A model generated the notes under the pieces. It did not search any database. It worked only from the letters and a program-made list of their open reading frames with translations, and was not told where the DNA came from. The position numbers and the translations under genes were made by a program. A stretch of 64,000 nucleotides of DNA from a virus. Lineage: Duplodnaviria > Caudoviricetes. Position 1 is the stretch's first letter; the number at the start of each line of letters is the position of its first letter. The DNA is taken from positions 39,596 to 103,595 of the IMG/VR virus record IMGVR_UViG_3300021256_004135; one strand, given 5' to 3'. Below are positions 57,604 to 64,000 of the stretch, one piece after another.

Positions 57604-58008
57604 TTATTTGACGGGGTCGGGTATCTCCACTCCGAGATATTCTCTCCCATAGTCGCGTAGTTTCTCGCAGTAGGTCGAGAAGGTCACGGTGTCCATCTCG
57701 CGGGTGGAGCCTGGTATCTCTATGATTTCACCCGTGTGGCGGTTCACCACCTTGTCGGAGGCCATCTGCTGTTTGAAGAACTCATGCACCTGCTCATCCT
57801 CGGTGAACTCCCATCCCTGGGCGTTGAGGGCCTGGCGGAGAAGCGGATATACGCAACCCCACAGCCAGCGGTTCTGGTCGAGGGTGCGCTGCTTCCGAAT
57901 GAGCCTCACGTCAATCTTGTACACGCCGTCCTTGGCGTAGGACAGCCAGTTGATGAGCGGACGGAGGTCGAAGGTGCCGTTCTGCTTCTGCAGGAGGTAT
58001 GTTTCCAT
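57604..58008 (-). CDS. NinB/DUF1367-like recombination protein
   Basis: RTLDQNRWLWG...HEFFK...STREMD..FSTYCEK. Confidence 0.75.
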   Translation of the reverse strand: METYLLQKQNGTFDLRPLINWLSYAKDGVYKIDVRLIRKQRTLDQNRWLWGCVYPLLRQALNAQGWEFTEDEQVHEFFKQQMASDKVVNRHTGEIIEIPGSTREMDTVTFSTYCEKLRDYGREYLGVEIPDPVK

Positions 58009-58011
58009 GGG

Positions 58012-58344
58012 TCACGGAGTTGAGGGTTTGGTGTCCGCTCCCGTCTCCGGCGGCATATATACGTCTGCGGGGATGTCCTCGACAAGCACATATTTCCGTT
58101 TCGGCACATAGCCGTTGCGTTGCAGCACGCGCAGCACCGTGAACTCCGAGATGCCGAGCTTGTTGGCTATGGCCTCGTAGGTGGGCATGGCGATGCCGCA
58201 GTTTCTCTTTCGGGGCTTGTTGAACTCCTCCAATGTCATTCCTTTCTCCTCAAGCATCGAAAAGAAGGTACTGATTATCTTCTTGTCGCGCTTTTCCTTG
58301 CCCTCCTGGGCGGATGATTTCTGTGTATTCTTCCTTGTCTTCAT
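58012..58344 (-). CDS. HTH-containing phage protein
   Basis: YEAIANKLGISEFTVLRVL. Confidence 0.6.
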   Translation of the reverse strand: MKTRKNTQKSSAQEGKEKRDKKIISTFFSMLEEKGMTLEEFNKPRKRNCGIAMPTYEAIANKLGISEFTVLRVLQRNGYVPKRKYVLVEDIPADVYMPPETGADTKPSTP

Positions 58345-58582
58345 CTTGTTCTTTGTTAGCTGGTTGGTCTTCGGTTAATGGTTTGTTGTAGTCTTCGCAC
58401 ACCCGCGCCTTGTCCATGAACACCTTGTATGGATAGCCGTGCCTTCTCATGCACGTTCCCATGAAGAACTCGCCGGTGGCGATGACGAAACTAATCCCCT
58501 CGGTGTCACGCACGGCATTGCAGCAGCCGGAGCAGCGCACCTTGCGCGGAGGGGATGGCGGTGTATATTTCTCTTTGCTCAT
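58250..58582 (-). CDS. Small Cys-containing phage protein
   Basis: CSGCC...C...C; overlaps the next gene. Confidence 0.45.
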   Translation of the reverse strand: MSKEKYTPPSPPRKVRCSGCCNAVRDTEGISFVIATGEFFMGTCMRRHGYPYKVFMDKARVCEDYNKPLTEDQPANKEQDEDKEEYTEIIRPGGQGKARQEDNQYLLFDA

Positions 58583-58597
58583 CTTTCGGACTGGGAA

Positions 58598-58640
58598 AAG
58601 AAGAGGCGTTGCCCTTTGGTGTCGGACAACGCCCTTCTCG
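58598..58640 (-). terminator. Intrinsic terminator after yqaJ
   Basis: ggcgttgtcc-N9-gggcaacgcc followed by tcttctttt on minus. Confidence 0.55.
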
Positions 58641-58668
58641 CTGTGCTTGCTATGTGTATGAAGATGTG

Positions 58669-59661
58669 CTATTTGATAAGTAGTGTGCGTGACCCCGCGC
58701 TGGTTCTCATGCAGGCGGAGTACACCTCTGGGTAGTCGGCGGCGAGTTTCTTGGAGTCGAGCGAGGTACGGCCTTTAGTGGCCTTGAATGTGGCGAGGAC
58801 ATGGCCGTCAATGTCCACAAGCGCCTCTTCGTCGGAGAAGTAGACCTTGACCTTGTCGACCAGTTCGTCAAGTTCTGTTTCAAGCTCGCTCTTCGCGGCC
58901 TTCATCTCTTTGATTTCGGAGATGGTGTCTATGATTTCTTTGGTGGCGGTGACGGTCTTGCCCTCTGTCTGTCGGGGATAGAGGCTCACCACGTCGCGCG
59001 CGGCCACAGGTTCAGGCTCCTCGCCGCCCTTGACACATTTGTCCCAGAAGTCATGGCAAACGATGATGGCAGCGTTGAAAATCTCTTCGTCGTACTCGAT
59101 TTTCTTGTAGCCGAACTCAAAGGTTTTCTTGCAGAGCCAAGCGATATGCGCGTGGCGGCAACCGCTGATGCCCATCTGCACCTGCACTTGGAATATCCAA
59201 CTCAAAGGGAGGTCGTCAGGATCTATCTTGCGGTTGGTGGTCTTGCATTCGAGGATGCCTTTGTTCTTCTCGGCGAACTTACCGTGCTTCGGCCCTTCAT
59301 CGTCAATCCAGTACGTGCGGTCTGGGCTGGCGTGCATATAGGGGATGTCAACACGGCGGAGAAGATATTCGGCACTCGATGCCTCGATTATCTTGTAGCC
59401 GCTTTTGAGCGCGAACTTTTTCGCGACATAATCCTCTAACAGATGGCCGTCCTGCATGGCCTCGGTCTCTTCGTAGTTGAAGATGCCGTTAAGCTCGTCG
59501 CGCATCGTGTGAGCCAACTCCAGCGGAGTGCGGAAGTGGGTCTCGCCGAAAAGTACGCCGATGGATGAAGCACCAATGGAGTTGGCGCGCTCGGCGCGCC
59601 ACTCCTCGTTGGTGTCACAGTCGTACCGCGTAATGCCGTTTACTGTGCGTACTTTCATCAC
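58669..59661 (-). CDS. YqaJ-like (lambda exonuclease family) recombination nuclease
   Basis: R...IGASS, GHLLE, ASPD, LECKT, QVQVQM. Confidence 0.9.
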   Translation of the reverse strand: MMKVRTVNGITRYDCDTNEEWRAERANSIGASSIGVLFGETHFRTPLELAHTMRDELNGIFNYEETEAMQDGHLLEDYVAKKFALKSGYKIIEASSAEYLLRRVDIPYMHASPDRTYWIDDEGPKHGKFAEKNKGILECKTTNRKIDPDDLPLSWIFQVQVQMGISGCRHAHIAWLCKKTFEFGYKKIEYDEEIFNAAIIVCHDFWDKCVKGGEEPEPVAARDVVSLYPRQTEGKTVTATKEIIDTISEIKEMKAAKSELETELDELVDKVKVYFSDEEALVDIDGHVLATFKATKGRTSLDSKKLAADYPEVYSACMRTSAGSRTLLIK

Positions 59662-60635
59662 TCACCCCCTTCCTGGCTCTTCACGAAAGCCTCAATCTCT
59701 TCATCGGACATCTTGTCGAAGTCCACCGTCTGCTGGCCTGCAGGGGCTTGGGGAGTCTCGGCGGCCTGCTGCTGTCCGGCCTGCTGCTGTCCGGCGGCGG
59801 CTTCGGCCTCTTTCTTGGCGGCGGCTTTCGCCATAATCTCACGCGCACGCTGCGCCGCGCTCTTGCGCTCTGGGGCAGGGGCGGCACCGGCAGGAGCCGA
59901 CGTGGTGGAGCTGACCTCGGTATAAGGCACATCAATCACCTCGTTGGCATCGGCATCGCCGAGGTCGATACCAGTCAAGAACTCAAAGAAAGCCTTCTTG
60001 CACTTTCTTTCAGCCTTGCCGCGCAACTGGTCGGTGGTGGAGGTCTCGCCGTTGGACTTGACCATAGCCACATAGCGGAACCAACCCTTCATGTCCTCGC
60101 GGCTGGTCTTGTAACCGACACGGCAGGGGATGGCCACATAGGTCGGGTCGGCACTCACGGCCTTGGTCTCTGGGTCAAACTCAAAGGTGTAGACGAGCTG
60201 CATCGGGGAGGCTTTGAGTTTGGCCAGCAGCGCGGTGTAGCCCTCTTTGGTCGGGTACATCGTACTGGAGATAATGTTGAACTGGTTGCCCGTGGGGAGC
60301 AGTCCGTTGGCGGCTGCGTCGATGATGCAGGTGCGCACGACATCGCGGGTGTAGGGCTTGGGAGCCACGCCGGTGCGCTTGTCGGGACGGGACGGGTCAC
60401 GGTCGGTGCGGAAACCGATTTTCTTGTTCATCAGCGGCATGAAGACGGCATCCATAATCTCGTCGGTCAGGATGGCTTCAAGCTTCTGCACGATGATTGC
60501 GGCATCGAATGCGCCGCACACGTTGTTCACGATGTCAAGACGCTGTGCGTCCTTCATGGCCACGGAGAAGTTCTCGCGGGCGTTGTCGAGGACTGCGAGT
60601 CCTCTTTCCTGGGTGTTTTTTGCGTTTTCGCTCAT
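59658..60635 (-). CDS. Hypothetical protein, probable ssDNA-annealing partner of YqaJ
   Basis: Overlaps yqaJ; globular core plus Ala/Gln-rich tail. Confidence 0.55.
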   Translation of the reverse strand: MSENAKNTQERGLAVLDNARENFSVAMKDAQRLDIVNNVCGAFDAAIIVQKLEAILTDEIMDAVFMPLMNKKIGFRTDRDPSRPDKRTGVAPKPYTRDVVRTCIIDAAANGLLPTGNQFNIISSTMYPTKEGYTALLAKLKASPMQLVYTFEFDPETKAVSADPTYVAIPCRVGYKTSREDMKGWFRYVAMVKSNGETSTTDQLRGKAERKCKKAFFEFLTGIDLGDADANEVIDVPYTEVSSTTSAPAGAAPAPERKSAAQRAREIMAKAAAKKEAEAAAGQQQAGQQQAAETPQAPAGQQTVDFDKMSDEEIEAFVKSQEGGE

Positions 60636-60663
60636 AATAATAAAGTATTAAGTTGTTAAACCT

Positions 60664-60846
60664 TTAATTCGATGATGTCGCCGGATTGGGTGGGAGTACC
60701 AGAATAATGTGGCTGCGACTGAGTCGTACAAAGAGGTCTGGAGTGTCCTTCATACGCCGCCAGAGGGTGGCACGGCTGCAATGGAGATACTCGCAGATTT
60801 CTTTGAATGTGCCGTGGGCTGCAACTTGATATTGGGGTTCAGTCAT
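60664..60846 (-). CDS. Small HTH (excisionase/AlpA-like) protein
   Basis: FKEICEYLHCSRATLWRRMK. Confidence 0.6.
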   Translation of the reverse strand: MTEPQYQVAAHGTFKEICEYLHCSRATLWRRMKDTPDLFVRLSRSHIILVLPPNPATSSN

Positions 60847-61087
60847 GTTTCACCTCCCTTCTCATTCTGCGGCAAATATTGCCAATCTGCCCCACGGAGA
60901 GTCCGTATATCATGGCGAGTCGCTCATAGATATACCCGACATCGGAGCCTTTCTCTTTTTCTTTCATAAAACGCTTGTAGATTTCTACGTTTCGTTTGTC
61001 GTTTTCGCGCTGCTGCGGCGTGAGGATGCCGCACTTGCGGCGGAACGTGGACGCGGGAGCCACGCCGCCTTGTTTCTCTGTGCTCAT
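60839..61087 (-). CDS. Small HTH phage protein (Mor-like)
   Basis: RNVEIY...LAMIYGLSVGQIGNI. Confidence 0.6.
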   Translation of the reverse strand: MSTEKQGGVAPASTFRRKCGILTPQQRENDKRNVEIYKRFMKEKEKGSDVGYIYERLAMIYGLSVGQIGNICRRMRREVKHD

Positions 61088-61769
61088 AATTGAAACGGTT
61101 TTGGTTACACTTGAATTGAATTGTTCTTGGAGAGGTGCAGGGGAGTTATCCCCGACACCCCTTTGTTGTCTATGGGTTACGGACTGTGGTGGACGGCGTG
61201 ACAACTTTACACCGCCCAGTCCGCCTACTCGCCCCTACCTCTGTTTTTCGGGGCTTTCGTGTTTGTTGTCTTTGCTCTTATTTGAATATTTACCCAATAT
61301 GTCAAAGTTCTCTCGTTGCCGCCTTTCGCGGCTCTGGTCATCCGCCGTGGCTCTCGCCGCCGACGGATGCGCGGCACATGGAAGCCGTGGTCATTCAGTC
61401 CGCCAGTCTTCTTCGGACACCTCAATGCCGAAGTGGTTGCAGTAGTCAACCAAACTGCTGGTCTTCTCAAACCGAACCCCTTGCATACCGCCATCGGGGA
61501 GGTTGATTTCAAGCCGGCACTCGCCGGTCTTGTCACTGAAAAATGCTTTTGCGCTCATAGTGCTGATTATATTATTATTATTCGTTTTGTCTTATTTATT
61601 CACCCAGAAAATAGCCAATTCAGGTGATTTTATACCAAATTTTACCCATCAATAATATTGTTTTATACATTCATTATATAGTTTCGCCAAAAAATTTTCA
61701 ACCGTTTAATTTGCTGATTTATAAGTGTTATTACATATAATCTAATTACCTACCATAACTTTTTTTTGC

Positions 61770-61880
61770 TCATTTGAATTTTTATACTTACTTTTGCAAC
61801 TGATTTCAGTCACGAAAAATGTGCTTTCAAGTATCATTTTCGGATGCAAAAATAAGAAATAAAAGTAAACCGACAAAATA
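61770..61880. promoter_or_regulatory. Oppositely oriented promoters of the lysis/lysogeny switch region
   Basis: tacttttgc (+, ~61789) and gcaaaaata (minus, ~61846) in an AT-rich spacer between cI and the early genes. Confidence 0.55.
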
Positions 61881-61969
61881 AAAATTTACTTTTTTAGAAA
61901 ATATTTTTTCAATAGACTGAAACATAGAGCAATAAAAATATAAACAAATAAGATAGAAAGGTAAATTTT

Positions 61970-62653
61970 ATGGACGAATTTGACACTATTGGTAAACGCA
62001 TCACAAAAATTAGGCAAGTCTACTGCGATGGAAAAAACACTCCTTTTGCCGAGCGGATTGGCAAGGACACATCTTATTCGAGCCAGATATGCAACGGCAC
62101 GAAGACTCCAGGCAGAAGCGTGCTTGAGGAGATCCTGGCCGCGTTTCCGGAGGTGAGCCGTCCGTGGCTGTACTTCGGAGAGGGCAAGATGCTGCTGGCC
62201 GATGCGGAGAAGAGTTTGCTTGCGAAGGAGGACGCTCCCTCTTATGAAAAGACCCTGCCGCTCATTCCCTACGATGCCTTCGCCGGTCTGCCGAACATCG
62301 ACAACATTGGAGTGGCCTTCAAGGACTGCGAGCAGTATTACATCCCCGACTTCATCAGCCGTGGAGCGGACTTCCTTATCCGCGTGTCCGGCGACTCGAT
62401 GGTGCCGCAGTACCTCAACGGAGACCTTCTCGCCTGCACGATGATTAAGGATGTGCTGTTCTTCCAATGGGGCAAAATTTACGTCATCGACACTTCGCAA
62501 GGTGTGCTGGTGAAGCGTGTGATGCGGAAAGAGGGCGACAGCGAGCATGTGATACTCGTGTCGGAGAACAAGGAGAAATACGACCCGTTTGAGTTTCCGA
62601 CATCGGACATCAGAAGCCTCGCCATCGTCGTGGGACTCATCCGAGCGGAATAG
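61970..62653 (+). CDS. CI-like repressor (HTH plus S24 peptidase)
   Basis: N-terminal HTH, AFAG cleavage-site region, VSGDSM and VKR catalytic Ser/Lys. Confidence 0.92.
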   Translation: MDEFDTIGKRITKIRQVYCDGKNTPFAERIGKDTSYSSQICNGTKTPGRSVLEEILAAFPEVSRPWLYFGEGKMLLADAEKSLLAKEDAPSYEKTLPLIPYDAFAGLPNIDNIGVAFKDCEQYYIPDFISRGADFLIRVSGDSMVPQYLNGDLLACTMIKDVLFFQWGKIYVIDTSQGVLVKRVMRKEGDSEHVILVSENKEKYDPFEFPTSDIRSLAIVVGLIRAE

Positions 62654-62725
62654 TCGCTTAATACATATTATATAAGGAATATAGACCGGCCACAGAATGT
62701 GGCAGGAAGAAGGCGCTACGCCATT

Positions 62726-64000
62726 ATGATACGATTGAGATACAGTATAAAGTTCGTTTTACACCGCCGAGAGCGGGCGGACGGAACATTCACCGTCCGT
62801 ATGAACATCTCCTGGGCAAAGAAAAGAGTCCAACGGAATATTCCTGCCTATGTGTTCCCCGACCAATGGGATGAGAACACCATGACAGCCCGCGCGACCC
62901 GTCAGCACAAAGACGTGTCAGTCATCAACAGCGCCATTGCGGAATACAAAGGCCGTGTGACAAAGTATTTTGAGACTTCGATAATCAACGACCATGTTCC
63001 AACCGAGGATGAAATCAACGGACTATTCAACACGGAGGATGCGGAAGAGGATAACCAGAAGCACCTGATTGATGACACAATCGAAGAGTTTATCGCAAAA
63101 GAGTCTGTGGAACGTGGATGGGCTTCCGTCACAAAGAACAAGTTCAAAAACCTGAAGCACGACCTGCTGTGCGCCGACCTGACATATATAGAGGAATTGA
63201 ATGAGGAAGGGCTTGAAAAGTACACCCAATACTTGTTCTCACGCGACTTGGAGAATGCAGTCCTGATGAAAAAGGCATCCATTCTCCGCTGGTTCCTCGG
63301 ATGGTGCAGAAAGAAAGGTTATATTGAAAACGATGACTACAAACTCCACCAGCCACACCTGAAATGCCCCCAGAAGACTGTGGTCTATCTGACGTGGGAA
63401 GAGTTGATGCAGCTGTACAAGCATAACTATGGATACAAGTACCAACTTTCCGTAGTGAGGGATGTGTTCTGTTTCTGCGCATTCACCGGCCTCCGCTACT
63501 CCGATGCCGCGCGACTCAGATGGTCGGACGTGTATAATGACCACATAACCATCATCACACAGAAAACCTCCGACAAACTCGACATAGACCTCAACCCATT
63601 TTCAAAAAGCATCATCAAGAAATATTCCTTGAAGGCGGACCGTAAACCGGCGGATAAGGTGCTTGGAGCTCCGACAATTCAAAGAAGCAATGTAATGCTC
63701 AAAGAATGCGCTTTGCTTGCCGGAATCAAGACTCCTATCACCCTTGTTTCGTACAGAGGGTCGAAGAGAATAGAGGAGTCTGTACCCAAATGGAAGGCCG
63801 TCACCACACACTGCGCCCGCCGCACTTTTGTTGTGAACTCTCTCCGACTCGGAATACCGGCGGAAGTGATTATGAAATGGACTGGCCACAGCGACTTCAC
63901 GGCCATGAAACCATACGTCGCAATCGTGGATGAATTGAAGAAGGAGAACATGGCCAAATACGCGACTCTGTACGAAAATGAAAAAAATTCTTCCAATTGA
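62726..64000 (+). CDS. Tyrosine integrase (Bacteroidetes type with Arm and SAM-like domains)
   Basis: FTGLRYSD, HCARRTF, GHS, PY; stop codon at the window end. Confidence 0.95.
   Translation: MIRLRYSIKFVLHRRERADGTFTVRMNISWAKKRVQRNIPAYVFPDQWDENTMTARATRQHKDVSVINSAIAEYKGRVTKYFETSIINDHVPTEDEINGLFNTEDAEEDNQKHLIDDTIEEFIAKESVERGWASVTKNKFKNLKHDLLCADLTYIEELNEEGLEKYTQYLFSRDLENAVLMKKASILRWFLGWCRKKGYIENDDYKLHQPHLKCPQKTVVYLTWEELMQLYKHNYGYKYQLSVVRDVFCFCAFTGLRYSDAARLRWSDVYNDHITIITQKTSDKLDIDLNPFSKSIIKKYSLKADRKPADKVLGAPTIQRSNVMLKECALLAGIKTPITLVSYRGSKRIEESVPKWKAVTTHCARRTFVVNSLRLGIPAEVIMKWTGHSDFTAMKPYVAIVDELKKENMAKYATLYENEKNSSN

Larger units (their letters stand above)
8874..64000. mobile_element. Prophage or prophage-derived island (integrase at right end; left boundary undetermined, may extend past position 1)
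   Basis: Integrase, CI, recombination/replication genes, terminase and portal in lambdoid-like order. Confidence 0.85.

Noticed and set aside
61100-61400. tRNA gene or attachment site
   Set aside because: The hairpins do not form a cloverleaf; the att site is expected beyond the integrase, outside the window
61225-61560. Possible cro-like or frameshifted early gene
   Set aside because: The track ORF has no HTH; an alternative frame (SIFSDKTGECRLEINLPDGG...) looks protein-like but lacks an in-frame start at its 5' end, so it cannot be supported

Overview
The window is mostly a large temperate prophage (or prophage-derived island) of a Bacteroidales-type host, judged from TAnnTTTG promoters and Bacteroidetes-like DnaB, HU and integrase. 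It reads almost entirely on the minus strand. From the right end: a tyrosine integrase and S24/CI repressor; early recombination and replication genes (YqaJ exonuclease, NinB-like protein, initiator, DnaC/IstB-like ATPase, C5-methyltransferase, YopX); then a ~30 kb cargo block rich in defence genes (~21.9-52.6 kb); then an ASCH / JAB-like / PAPS-reductase-like / ParB-like module, small and large terminase, a ~5 kb insertion and an SPP1-like portal. The left 8.8 kb holds a DUF3127 SSB-like protein, DnaB, an XRE regulator, an amidoligase-glutamine amidotransferase pair and the 5' end of a Nudix/NrtR-like gene with three operator palindromes. No capsid, tail or lysis genes, RNA genes or CRISPR arrays were recognised. 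The cargo has a Type I R-M system (ApeA-HEPN gene between hsdS and hsdR, ASCH domain fused to HsdR), GmrSD, and a DUF1848 / methyltransferase-helicase / TerB trio. The best candidate for an undescribed system is a tightly coupled operon (24.2-34.3 kb): vWA-like lipoprotein, small membrane protein, tubulin/FtsZ-like GTPase, 1044-aa actin/Hsp70-fold ATPase, a ZorA/ZorB-like (MotA/MotB) ion-motor pair and a triple-DUF4357 protein, with no ZorC/D/E. All family calls come from motif recognition by eye; no database search was run.
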